42,365 bases of DNA from Octopus bimaculoides. Lineage: Eukaryota. Made by a program: the position numbers and the translations under genes. The notes under the pieces were generated by a model. It ran no database searches. It was given only the letters and a program-made list of their open reading frames with translations, and was not told where the DNA came from. This document shows, in pieces, positions 12,268 to 24,169 of this stretch; position 1 is the stretch's first letter, and every line of letters starts with the position of its first letter. Location: assembly GCF_001194135.2 (NCBI RefSeq), contig NC_069007.1, positions 21,737,238 to 21,779,602 of the forward strand. The letters are read 5' to 3'.

Positions 12268-13557
12268 GCACACATCCATATGCACACAAACGTAGGCATA
12301 CATACGTCCCTAAATAGTAGTGGCGGTGGAGTTTTTTTGTGGAGGTAATAGTGGCGGCGGCGGCGGTGATGGTGGGTGGGGGACTCATTGTTATATAACG
12401 ATTATATGAACAAAGGCATGTTATATCCAGGTTACACACACGCATTCATACAGAAACCCTTGCACATATTGTCACATACGCACACACACACACACATATA
12501 TATATATACACACACACAAAATGTAAATATATATAGAATGTACATACATATGTATATATACATACACGTACACAAGTAAAGACATGCATATATATTTATA
12601 TATATATATATATATATACATACATACACACGTATACAATATACACGCACCCACTGGCACACATACACACACACATACATATATACATACATATATACAT
12701 ATATCCTATACACATTCATGCATACACGAGAGGCGACTTTAATTAGTCTTAAAAGCCACACTAATGGCGCCTGATTTGGCAATGGTATCAAAATTTCATG
12801 TTAAACATATTTATATCGTAGCTTCTCAGTGTATAAATCTTTACACGTGAGTCTAGAGTAAATTAATCCGTTATAAACACTCGCAGAGATCGAGCGAGAG
12901 ATAAATTACCAGCGTATTTGCTAAACAATATAGGACTATTGCACACACATATATATATATACATATATATATATATCTATTTAGGTTGACATAGTAATAC
13001 TACCGAACACACAGACACATTAATGTGAACTAATACGGGTGCACAAACCACGCGCACATGGGGGAAATAGAGCAAGTTTTTAATTTATATCATGTTTGAT
13101 ACACTCTTGTACAAATAAATGAGCATTGACTACATAGATAGATAGTTCGATTGATAGTGTGATAAATTTGATTCACTGATTTGTAGATATATGCCTAGAG
13201 AGCTGGACAGTTTATTTAGCGGATATAGTGTTACAGTATATATTACTCTACATATTCGTCTGTTTTTTTCGTACTGTATTCATATTTTATACAATGTTTG
13301 CATCAATCTGTGTGTAATATGTATGTGTGTATATATGTATGTACCTATATCTGCGTGTGTGCATATATGTATGCATGTATTTGTATATGCATATGTATAT
13401 CAACTGTGTCATATATCTATATATATATATATATATATATATATCAAATGAAGGATATTTAATTTTTAGAAGGAAAATAGTGACTTCGAAGTTTTGCCTC
13501 TTTGTTTCTTCCTCAATGTACACGTACACACATAGATATAGGCAGTTAGATATAGAT

Positions 13558-13601
<44 letters not shown>

Positions 13602-13614
13602 CAAATGACAAAGA

Positions 13615-13740
13615 TGGAAAATGGAATATACGAGAATCTTTATTGCTCACAACGATCGTTTCGACGCATTCTGCATCGATCCCTTACAGGTAGAATATTG
13701 TACAACTGGTGTGATGCATCCCTCGGTGCAGACACATACA
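13615..13740 (-). mobile_element. Penelope-like pseudo-LTR remnant, copy 2
   Basis: Minus strand CCTGTAAGGGATCGATGCAGAATGCGTCGAAACGATCGTTGTGAGCAATAAAGATTCTCGTATATTCC aligns to 4010-4080. Confidence 0.5.
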
Positions 13741-13749
13741 TTGTGATAT

Positions 13750-14080
13750 ATAGGTGCACTGTGGTAAGATACTTCCTTCCCAACCACATGATTCCGGCTT
13801 CAGTCCCACTGCGTGGCAGCTTGGGCAAGTGTCTTCTACAATAGCCTCGGGTCGACCAAAGCCTTCTGAGTGGATTTGGTAGACGGAAACGAAAGAACTC
13901 TGTATGTATATATATATATATATATATATACGCCCCTGCGACATAGCGGTTCGACAAAATGACCCGTAGGATTAAGTACCAGGCTTTTAAAAAATAATTC
14001 CTGGGGTCGAATTGTTCGACTAAAAATTCCTCAAGGCAGAGCTCCGGCACGACCACAATCAAATGACTGAAATAAGAGAA
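13750..14080 (+). mobile_element. SINE family A copy with a central (TA)n tract
   Basis: tRNA-like head gtggtaag...cccaaccacatg...cagtcccactgcgtggca; ggatttggtagacggaaac; 3' module ending aaatgactgaaa. Confidence 0.9.
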
Positions 14081-15529
14081 CGATTTGCTTTTCATGATTC
14101 TTGAAGTTAGACTGCCAGTTGAAAAAGAGAATTTAACAAATCAGTCAGTTCAGAAGTGAACTACAACCAGTGCTTGTGTTGTTATTGGTGGGATGACCTT
14201 CCCAACATACAGATTAAGAAGCTCGCTTTGCAACACGGTGCCTAGGTCAAACGCTTTGTTCTTTAATCCCGGGCTGACCAATGTTGCTGCATATTTTATT
14301 GTGTCTAGAGAGAATCATTCTGTTTTAGTGCCTTATTATTTAACACACACAGGTAAAATTTCCACTCATTTATTTATTGTAGGTTTGTTTACGTCCCGTA
14401 ACTTAGCAGCTCGGCAAAAATAGATCGACAGTACTAAAATTAAAGCAAAAAGCACATAAGTATTGGGTTCGACCTCAGTCTCCTTCACAGTGTAGCACCA
14501 GCATGGCCGCAGTCCAGTGACAGGAACAAATAAAAGATGAGATATAAAAGAAAGGTACGCGCGCGCAAACACTCAAACGTGAACAATGAGGAAGAGAGAG
14601 CACTCAATACTGAACTTGAAGTGTTTGTTTTACTGAAACATGAAACTCTACGACTCGTTATACGCACGCGCACACAGAGGAACACAAACATAGCATGCAC
14701 TCACACGCATCGATGCATCCATATTGCTGCGATCTCTTGTCAACAGCTGATAAATAGAATGTCATGCAACTAAAAGCGATGTGTAAAAATTTGTTTGTGT
14801 GTATGTGAGAGAGAGAGAGAGAAAGAGAGAGAATGACAGCGAGAGAGCGTTTAGATCTATCTATCCATTTACCTACATATCTATATATCTATCTGTATGT
14901 ATGTTTATCTGTCTATCTATCTATCCATCCATTTACCAACATATCTATTTATCTCTTTACCTGTCTACCTACCTACTCTATCTACCTACCTACCTATCTA
15001 TCTATCCATCCATTTACCAACATATCTATTTATCTATTTACCTGTCTATCTATCTATCTACCGGGGTATATATCCACTGATCGTACGCACGCACACACTG
15101 ACAATATTTACCCCGAAGGATGCTTTCGGCATGAGAGAAAGAAATATAATTTCCCGTTAGGCGTAGCTGGAGGCTCAGTTTCGAAACTTCACAAATACTT
15201 TGTTTTAGCTCATGCTTAATAAATTTGAAAAATGTAACATCTCTCAGAATGTGGCGGAGATGGTGGCGATTGCGGCTGAAGTAGTAGTAGTAGCAGCAGC
15301 AGTAGTAACGATAATAGTTGGGGGGTGGAGGGTGGAACGGCAGAGGTAGGCGGGATGATGGTGATGTAGTGCGGGAAGTTGTGTAGTGATAATGAAGATA
15401 TTGATGATTAGATGACTAACGATGATGCTGGTAGGTAGGTAGGTGGGGGGAGGGTAGTGAAGAAGTAATTTAAGATGATGTAATGATGAGGGAAGGGAGG
15501 AAGGGGGGCTGATATTATTAATAGCTGTT

Positions 15530-16113
15530 GTTGTTGTTAAGCTCTAGGTCTGCCTTGAGTCAAATCAGTCCTATGAACAAAGGTAATTTCAGCCGGGATC
15601 ATTGTCTATTTTCCTACTGTACAGGGAACCAACCCTAGGAGCACATTATTCAATGTGTCATTTAAAAAATAAACGACAGGATTTGATTTTGAAGAAGACT
15701 TGCTGCTATGTCTAGCATCTTGAGAGACCACGTAGAGGGACCTCACGCTTTTAATGGCTGTAAGGTCAGTTTTCATTAAACAGTCCTCAGCTGTGATCCT
15801 CCTGTATTTTGCCGCTGTACAAGGGAACAGAGAAGAGCATTATTCAATGACTCATTAAGTTTTTTTCTTTCGTATACGATAAGATGTGATTTGCAGAAGA
15901 CTTGCTGCTATGTCTAGCAGCTTGAGAGACCACGTAGAGGGAACTGATGTTCTTAATAGTTGTTGTTGCTTGGCCCCAGGTCAATCTCCATCAGTCTGTC
16001 CTAAACTCTGATCCTTCTGCATTTTCCGGCTGTATAGGGGACCGAAGAGCCTATTAGTCAGTCCTTTTAAAAAGACGACAGCGTGTGATTTGAGGAAGAC
16101 TTGCTGCTATGTC
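15530..16113 (+). repeat. Three diverged tandem units of about 200 bp
   Basis: gaagacttgctgctatgtc at 15694, 15896 and 16095. Related single copies at about 960, 6140 and 40555. Confidence 0.85.
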
Positions 16114-16114
16114 A

Positions 16115-16400
16115 TAGGGTGTTAGTCGAACAAATCGACCCCAGGACTTATTCTTTGTAAGCCCAAAACTTATTCTATCGGTCTCTTGTGCCGAACCGCT
16201 ATGTTACGAGGGCATAAACACACCAGCATCGGTTGTCAAGCGATGTTGGGGGAACGTCTACCAAATCCACTCACAAAGCTTTGGTCGGCCCGAGGCTAGG
16301 TTATAGTAGAAGACACCTGCCCTAAGCGCCACACAGCGGGATTGAACCCGGAGCCATGTGGTTGGGAAGCAAGCTTCTTACCACACAGCCACGCCTTCGC
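16115..16400 (-). mobile_element. SINE family A copy
   Basis: gtcgaacaaatcgaccccaggacttattc...ctaccaaatccactcacaaag...cttaccacacagccac; it truncates the third tandem unit. Confidence 0.9.
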
Positions 16401-18094
16401 CTATAAACATAATTATTATTATAATTTTCTTTAAATATACTTTTAGTAATAAAAGAAAAGTTTCTAAATCTCTGATGTTGAACACCAAAATCCACATCTA
16501 TCTAATTCCGTCCACCCTCCTCGTGAATAGGTGATAGCCTGAAACACATTCGCTGNNNNNNNNNNNNNNNNNNNNNNNNNNNNNNNNNNNNNNNNNNNNN
16601 NNNNNNNNNNNNNNNNNNNNNNNNNNNNNNNNNNNNNNNNNNNNNNNNNNNNNNNNNNNNNNNNNNNNNNNNNNNNNNNNNNNNNNNNNNNNNNNNNNNN
16701 NNNNNNNNNNNNNNNNNNNNNNNNNNNNNNNNNNNNNNNNNNNNNNNNNNNNNNNNNNNNNNNNNNNNNNNNNNNNNNNNNNNNNNNNNNNNNNNNNNNN
16801 NNNNNNNNNNNNNNNNNNNNNNNNNNNNNNNNNNNNNNNNNNNNNNNNNNNNNNNNNNNNNNNNNNNNNNNNNNNNNNNNNNNNNNNNNNNNNNNNNNNN
16901 NNNNNNNNNNNNNNNNNNNNNNNNNNNNNNNNNNNNNNNNNNNNNNNNNNNNNNNNNNNNNNNNNNNNNNNNNNNNNNNNNNNNNNNNNNNNNNNNNNNN
17001 NNNNNNNNNNNNNNNNNNNNNNNNNNNNNNNNNNNNNNNNNNNNNNNNNNNNNNNNNNNNNNNNNNNNNNNNNNNNNNNNNNNNNNNNNNNNNNNNNNNN
17101 NNNNNNNNNNNNNNNNNNNNNNNNNNNNNNNNNNNNNNNNNNNNNNNNNNNNNNNNNNNNNNNNNNNNNNNNNNNNNNNNNNNNNNNNNNNNNNNNNNNN
17201 NNNNNNNNNNNNNNNNAATTGATTACCATTTCTTGCAAATCGGGCAATCACTACTATATTCTTTACCATTGTCCGCACTGTTTTTAAATTCCGTAACGTT
17301 GAATTTAAGAATGCTAATAAAATCATTAGATTATATTAATTATAAGTTGATAGGGCGTCAGGATAGAATGGCCTAAAGAACTTGATTCAGGTTTTCTTAT
17401 GATGAGAATTTAAATGCTGCCGAGGTCGACTTTGCCTTTCATCCATTCGGAGTGGTTAAGAAAATAATTACCAGTCTGAGTGCGGTATATTGTCGAAATG
17501 CTCGAACCTCAGACGGGAAGCTTTGCGCTTATCTGTTCCAGATCTATACGTTATGAGTTCGAATTCCGCCTCCTATCACCGGGCTTCTGGTAACAGGGAA
17601 TTAATCTTTCCGAACACCGCTAACGGTGATCAGCTTCTAATTCCGGGACGAGGAACGAGTCGATGGATGAACATCTCGGTCTCAATAAAACAAAACCGAT
17701 CAAACAATTTTTTTTTAGTTGAGGGAGATAACATTTAAAACACCGATAGTTCTCGTAAAACGTGGGGAGATAAACCAACTTTTTGCTGGTAGTGAGATAA
17801 ACATTATGAGACCCTACTATGTATTATTTCGTATGTAGAACATTCCCTTGAACTTAATGCCCCCTAATATTTTTCTTCGAAGATAAATATTTGTATTTAA
17901 AATTTTATTTTATTCTAAGAAGCCTTTTAAAATAATTTTAATACGAAGCTATCAGCTATTGAAGCAGCTTTGCATGTATGATTGATTAAGAAATAGTGTT
18001 TGTTTGCAAGCCACCCATTAAAAGCATTCAGCGCCACATTCACCTACTTTTTGCCCCCTTTTGAAAATAGAAGAAAATCAGAAATAAATTCGAT

Positions 18095-19119
18095 AAATTT
18101 TCAGAGCAACACCTGCACGATTTTCATAAAGAAAAAAAAAACAAAAAACAAAAAAAGTCAAGTACCCTGACTTTATAATATGCTACAAATCCCTTNNNNN
18201 NNNNNNNNNNNNNNNNNNNNNNNNNNNNNNNNNNNNNNNNNNNNNNNNNNNNNNNNNNNNNNNNNNNNNNNNNNNNNNNNNNNNNNNNNNNNNNNNNNNN
18301 NNNNNNNNNNNNNNNNNNNNNNNNNNNNNNNNNNNNNNNNNNNNNNNNNNNNNNNNNNNNNNNNNNNNNNNNNNNNNNNNNNNNNNNNNNNNNNNNNNNN
18401 NNNNNNNNNNNNNNNNNNNNNNNNNNNNNNNNNNNNNNNNNNNNNNNNNNNNNNNNNNNNNNNNNNNNNNNNNNNNNNNNNNNNNNNNNNNNNNNNNNNN
18501 NNNNNNNNNNNNNNNNNNNNNNNNNNNNNNNNNNNNNNNNNNNNNNNNNNNNNNNNNNNNNNNNNNNNNNNNNNNNNNNNNNNNNNNNNNNNNNNNNNNN
18601 NNNNNNNNNNNNNNNNNNNNNNNNNNNNNNNNNNNNNNNNNNNNNNNNNNNNNNNNNNNNNNNNNNNNNNNNNNNNNNNNNNNNNNNNNNNNNNNNNNNN
18701 NNNNNNNNNNNNNNNNNNNNNNNNNNNNNNNNNNNNNNNNNNNNNNNNNNNNNNNNNNNNNNNNNNNNNNNNNNNNNNNNNNNNNNNNNNNNNNNNNNNN
18801 NNNNNNNNNNNNNNNNNNNNNNNNNNNNNNNNNNNNNNNNNNNNNNNNNNNNNNNNNNNNNNNNNNNNNNNNNNNNNNNNNNNNNNNNNNNNNNNNNNNN
18901 NNNNNNNNNNNNNNNNNNNNNNNNNNNNNNNNNNNNNNNNNNNNNNNNNNNNNNNNNNNNNNNNNNNNNNNNNNNNNNNNNNNNNNNNNNNNNNNNNNNN
19001 NNNNNNNNNNNNNNNNNNNNNNNNNNNNNNNNNNNNNNNNNNNNNNNNNNNNNNNNNNNCCCCGATTTTTTTTTTTTTTTTTCTTAGTGAAAATCGTCCA
19101 GGTGTTAGTCTGAAAATTT
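18095..19119. repeat. Inverted repeats flanking an assembly gap
   Basis: aaattttcagagcaacacctgcacgattttcataaagaaaa (18095-18140) matches the reverse complement of 19066-19119. Confidence 0.7.
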
Positions 19120-19525
19120 ACCTTAAAATATTCTACTGAAAGAAATGTAATGACACTGATTAAAGATATTTAAGTGAGAGACACGAAGCTCGAGGGAACA
19201 TTCTACGTATGAAATGGGATGGAGTAGGCTCCCCACATAATGTGGTCAAAGGGAAGTAACCCATACATTTATGGCATTGAATAAAAAACTGGAACCTGAT
19301 GACATGTTTAGTCTTTTTGCTAAATTTACCTTCAAACCTCTTCTTGGTGAAATTCCGTTACGTTGAAGAATATGTAGATTTAAATTTTAATTCTTGACAT
19401 TTTTTTGCCACTATAACATGGCTGTTCTATAAAGAACTATGTTATGCAGTGTTTTGATTTGAGTGACTTAACCTTGATATAAAGGGAAAATGCATTTGAT
19501 GATCAGAGAGAGAGAGAATTTAATT

Positions 19526-19830
19526 ATATTCATAGACAATTTAATTATATGTGGGAAAGATCAAAATGACCATGATAAGAATTTAGAAAAATTTGAAATA
19601 GCAGCAAAAAGTGAGGGTCTCGTTATGAATGAAGAGAAATACGTTTACTGAAAATCAACTCTAGACTTTCTTGGATACCATATCTCACACAATACCCACA
19701 TACCCGACCCAGAAAAGCTTGCTCTACTCAGTCTTTTTACACCAACCGACCAGAAATAATTTAAATTGGTATGATTTCTCATAATGCTAAGTGGATCTCC
19801 AAATTTTCTGACAAGATATATCCTCTCAAT
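19526..19830 (+). pseudogene. Ty3/Gypsy LTR retrotransposon RT remnant
   Basis: IFIDNLIICGKDQNDHDKNLEKFEIAAKSEGLVMNEEKYVY*KSTLDFLGYHISHNTHIPDPEKL, then frameshifted SHNAKWISKFSDKIYPL (YxDD region, FLGY, PDP). Confidence 0.85.
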
Positions 19831-20159
19831 AACGTGTCAAAATTTCCTCTAAACAGTCAACAAGTAAAGTGTAGCAGAAGTGATTTGACACTGTCATAAT
19901 GTGTGAGATGTGTTCGTTTTGACTCATCTAGGCTTAATTAAATACTGGGATATCGGTTCCACAAGCCTTTTCATTCCAGGTCACATGACCTCATAATTAA
20001 ATGAATCTGTCGTTTGTATTGGTCCAGCTGTCCACTCATGCTGGTGCAACAGTTCATTTTTCCTTATGCGGGAAATTAATCATGGAAGAAACAACTGTAG
20101 CAAGAACAACAAAAGAAAACTACATAAAAGATTATATTTTATTCATTAATATATATTAA

Positions 20160-20690
20160 CCCTTTCGTTACTGTATTTATTTTGAGATGCTGTGTTTCTT
20201 TCAATTACGTTAAATATAACAAAGAACTTAGAAAAATAACTTAGTTATCATTAAGCTAGTGTTAGGAACATAAATTGTGACTAAGGTTTGGTGAAAGATT
20301 TTAATTCAGAACTTATGAAAATGAGATATTTGTACAGTTCTATATTTAAGAGATGAGGAATTATGTACATTATTTGCATTTGACGGATATTTATCCTCAT
20401 CTTGTTTGTTGTAGTTAAGAGTGTGGGCTACTAACCCCAAGATTCCGAGTTCGATTCCAAGCAGTGACCTGAATAATATAATAATAATAATAATATCCTA
20501 AAATACCTTAGGAATGAGAACCCAGATTTGAAATTTCCCCAAGACACCTGATAAAGGCTGGTGGGTATATCAGCCGAAATGTTGTGTTAACAACAAACAA
20601 GATGAGGACAAATATTTGTCAAATGTAAATAATGTAAGACAATTGTACTCAGTGTCAGAACCGGTTTCAGCCGGGTTGGTAACGAAAGGG
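20160..20690. mobile_element. piggyBac-type MITE containing a nested insertion
   Basis: TTAA-CCCTTTCGTTAC ... GTAACGAAAGGG-TTAA: perfect 12-bp TIRs with TTAA TSDs. Confidence 0.88.
20366..20636 (+). mobile_element. tRNA-head SINE with a Penelope-like 3' end and an inverted terminal arm
   Basis: B-box GAGTTCGATTCC near 20445; (TAA)n; CTGATAA-A-GGCTG...CAGCC-GAAA at 20548-20579; 47-bp inverted arms at 20366-20412 and 20590-20636 (4 mismatches). Confidence 0.65.
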
Positions 20691-20788
20691 TTAAATTGGA
20701 AACAACATTATCTATGGGTTTTACATGTTTGAGTAAACAACAACAACAACAATAATAATAATGGTTTGAAATTTTGTCAAGAGGGCAG

Positions 20789-20833
<45 letters not shown>

Positions 20834-21894
20834 CATACAGATATACATACATACATATATATATGTGTGCATAAGTTGGTGTTGTTATGCATGTGTTGTG
20901 CTGTTCCATGTGTGCTGTATTGTGCATGTGTTGTGCTGTTTTGTATGTGTATGTGTTATTGTTGTGCCAGATGTTTCCATGTTGTGTAGCGATAAGATAT
21001 AAAATAAAATGAAGAAAGGATTGAAAATTGTCAAAGACACCATCACCAACAAAACTAAAAGATTATCATGGATACTGCCATCACCAACACCATCACAAGA
21101 CTCTCACCACTGCTATCTTTACACACCACCATCACTTTTGTCTCACTGTCTCTCCCTCTCTCTCTCTCACACACACAGACAAATCATTAAGATTTTTATT
21201 TTCCCAAACATCATCACAACCACCATCATCATTGATACCTGCTCGATCATCATCACTGTCACCATCATCATCATCATCACACACATGGTCACACACACAC
21301 CCTCACCCTCACCACATGAGTGCATGTTAACACAGGCATACTTCAACTTATGAATGTAGTTGTTCCCAAGATAGATAAATACAGAGATATATTGACAGAT
21401 AGATATGTGTGTGTGTGTATGTTTATCAACACTTTAACATGGGTGTTTTCTAAGAACCAACAATTCTGCTATTTTAACCCCAGGAAGACATCTCCTCTAG
21501 CTGGTTACTCAGTGTGTTTTGCACACAACATTCATTACAAGCGGGTGAGAACTCCTGCCACTCTAGCTCCAAGACCACCACATCATGTAATTTCGATCTT
21601 ATTGGATCACCTCAGTGGTGGGCACGGCAATGGTCTGACCTCGCTCGCAATATATAGACTATAGTGTCATACGATCACTGACCTTGTAACTAGCAAACTA
21701 GTCCATTAGAAAATCTGTTCAAGATGATGTATATATATATATAAACATATATGTGTGTATCTGTCTATCTATCTATCTATATATATAATTATATATATAT
21801 ATACCTTCAAAGGAATGTCTCGTGCAATGACTAAGAAAAATAGTCTAATAATGGAGCATATAAGCCCTCGACAGAAAAAAATATAGGCTTTCCT

Positions 21895-21956
21895 ATCCAT
21901 GTGGGACTCGAACCCACATCCCTTTGTTAACACAACTAAGTGTGTTACCATTATAT
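21895..21956 (-). pseudogene. tRNA-derived pseudogene or SINE head
   Basis: Perfect T-arm GTGGG-TTCGAGT-CCCAC and an A-box-like ATAATGGTAA, but the acceptor and anticodon stems do not pair. Confidence 0.45.
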
Positions 21957-22964
21957 CTGTTTTAATAAAGATTTTGTACCTATTTTCATGTGTGTTTATT
22001 TCATTTTCCTTCTTCAGTTTTCTGTTAACATTTTTATGCATTTAAATATGCACCAAGAGCGACGTTAAATGAGACAAACTGACTGAAGTTGAGTCCCCCC
22101 CACCATTTATTTCTTTAGAAAAAAAAAAGGATATAAAGTCAAAAAAAGATGTAACTTGAACTGGCCTAAGTTGAAGTATGCCTGTATATATATTTATGTA
22201 CGTGCTCACACGCATACACACACTACACTTGTTCCATTATCCTTTTACCACATTTCACAACACTATTTCATGCCTTTACACCAGTCCTCACAAAGTCTTT
22301 GAGAGTCATTGAAATAATAAAAAATACAAAAAACAATATATTTACCCAAGGAGGGAGCTTCTATTTTAACAGTAAATATATAGGTTGATATATNNNNNNN
22401 NNNTATATATATATATATATATATAAATATAATAATATAATATATATAAGCATAGTTTTTGTCAACTGACATACTGTAATAAGTATGTACTATGAGTACT
22501 CAGATTGGTGCACCACTAAGACTCCAGCTTGAAATACAACTGAAAAATGGGGTTTTGAGACTGCCTATCAAGGCTGGCTAGAAGTGGTTTCTCTTTGAGC
22601 AGGTGGGTATAGATTAAAATATATTTTTCTCAACTGATACCAAATGCTTTGCATTTTCATTTTCTATATATATAGACACACACAAACATATATATATATA
22701 TATATACACACACATGAACATAGACATCTTGAAAGTAAATAAACAGCCTTCATTATGCAGTTTTATCTATGCGGATGCTAACTGGTGCTTCAGACTTGTT
22801 TGAAGACATGTCTACTAAATACAAGCTGAAGTATTTAAGTGAATCAAATGATTTTTTGCTTCTAGAAATAAATGTTTAAAAAAGACGGTGTCTATTTACT
22901 TCTGAGATGTGTGTGTGTATTATATGAGCTATGAATAAAGCAACCAATGGAGGGAAGAAGGGGC

Positions 22965-23250
22965 ATCTCTATATGTCACATGACCTCTTAATGAAGGGAG
23001 AGGGGGGTGTATGTGACATCATGTATTAATAAATGAATTTCTAAGCAAGTCTTGAATATGTCAAATGACCTGCTAATGAAGAAAGGAAAGAAATATCTGG
23101 TCATGTGATATGACCTGTTAATTAACTGGCCAATGAGCAAGCCTCTATATGTCACATGACCGGTTCACAAAGAGAACTTCTAAATATATCACATGACCTG
23201 GAAATAAGGAAACTAATAAAGGAATATTTCTATGTGAGATGACTTCCTAA
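22965..23250. repeat. Diverged minisatellite of about 43 bp (about 7 units), each built on a GTCACATGAC-like core
   Basis: Cores at about 22975, 23013, 23060, 23105, 23151, 23188 and 23234. Confidence 0.7.
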
Positions 23251-23620
23251 ATGAGTCACAGATGGCTGGGTAACATGCCAAGAAATTGATTTACCAAAGA
23301 GTCCAGTGCCAATGCACATTGCTCTCAGTGTTCCAATCAATTGTAAGTTCTTGTGGTCTTTATGGCTGAGTGACATTACACCACAGTTCAATTCCCATGA
23401 AAATGGTATGAGAAATGAGCACATGTAAGAGGACATGATCTAGGTAGACCTGGCTCTCTAAGAGTGTCAGGAACAAACAGGCCAAAACACTGTCTCGGTG
23501 GGAGTTCTTCCCCTGAAGATTTCTCCTGCTGTCAGCAGTGAATTTTTATTCCTGTAATCCCACAGATTATGGGACTCACCGGTGGTCACATGATTGTAAT
23601 AGCCAGCATGTATGTTACTC

Positions 23621-23670
23621 GGAGCTCTGAGGCCCCTGTTTTCTAACAGGGGCCGAAAGGTGTCGGTTCC
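23621..23670 (+). ncRNA. Decayed hammerhead ribozyme remnant
   Basis: GGAGCT-CTGA[delTGA]-GGCCCCTGTT(TTCT)AACAGGGGCC-GAAA-GGT-GTC-GGTTCC. Confidence 0.45.
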
Positions 23671-23694
23671 CAGTCTTCCCAAGCAACTCATCCC

Positions 23695-23880
23695 CATCAT
23701 CATCATTCAATGTCTGTTTCCCACGCTGGGGTGGACAGTTCGGTAGGAGCTGGCAAAGCTGGAGAGCTGTACCAGACTCCATTGTCTGTTTTAGTATAGT
23801 TTCAATGGTTGGCAGCCCTTCCTAATGCCAACCACTTTACAGAGCATACTGGGTGCCTATTTTACATGGCACCAAGTACT
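23695..23880 (-). mobile_element. SINE family C copy with a (GAT)n tail
   Basis: catcatcatcat tail and gcccttcctaatgccaaccac...gggtgc body shared with other copies. Confidence 0.75.
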
Positions 23881-24169
23881 CTGTAAGACAAAAAAATAGA
23901 ATACAAAGAGAGAGAGAGACAGAAAAGGAAACAAAAACATCCGTGTCACAGAGAGTGGGAAAGAAGATGAGTGTTTACAGAAAAAAGGAGGGGGAAAAGA
24001 AGAGAGAGAGAAAGAAAAAGAGGCTAAGATTCAAACATGGAGGATATGAAAATCCTTGAAATTTGAGGCCAATGTTTTTTTTTTCTTCTAAATAACAGCC
24101 ATTTAAATTGTAGAAGCTTCCACTGTTTTAAACCAAAGGCCATCACACTTGTTACATATTTTCTTTTCT

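Noticed and set aside
15240-15525. G-rich or trinucleotide tract as a G-quadruplex regulatory element or low-complexity exon
   Set aside because: It is a degenerate simple repeat like those at 2990-3130 and 21020-21320, with no splice signals or distinguishing context.
17560-17645. HDV-like ribozyme or pseudoknot (ATCACCG/CGGTGAT preceded by GCTAA, crossing GGAATTA/TAATTCC)
   Set aside because: I could not place P1, P3 or L3 in the required order. Two 7-bp helices alone are within chance expectation.
21895-21956. Functional tRNA gene
   Set aside because: Only the T-arm pairs; the acceptor and anticodon stems fail.
23230-23436. Further downstream kinase exon (KDHKNLQLIGTLRAMCIGTGLFG, donor G|GTAAAT)
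   Set aside because: The acceptor phase does not match any upstream donor and there is no recognisable domain.
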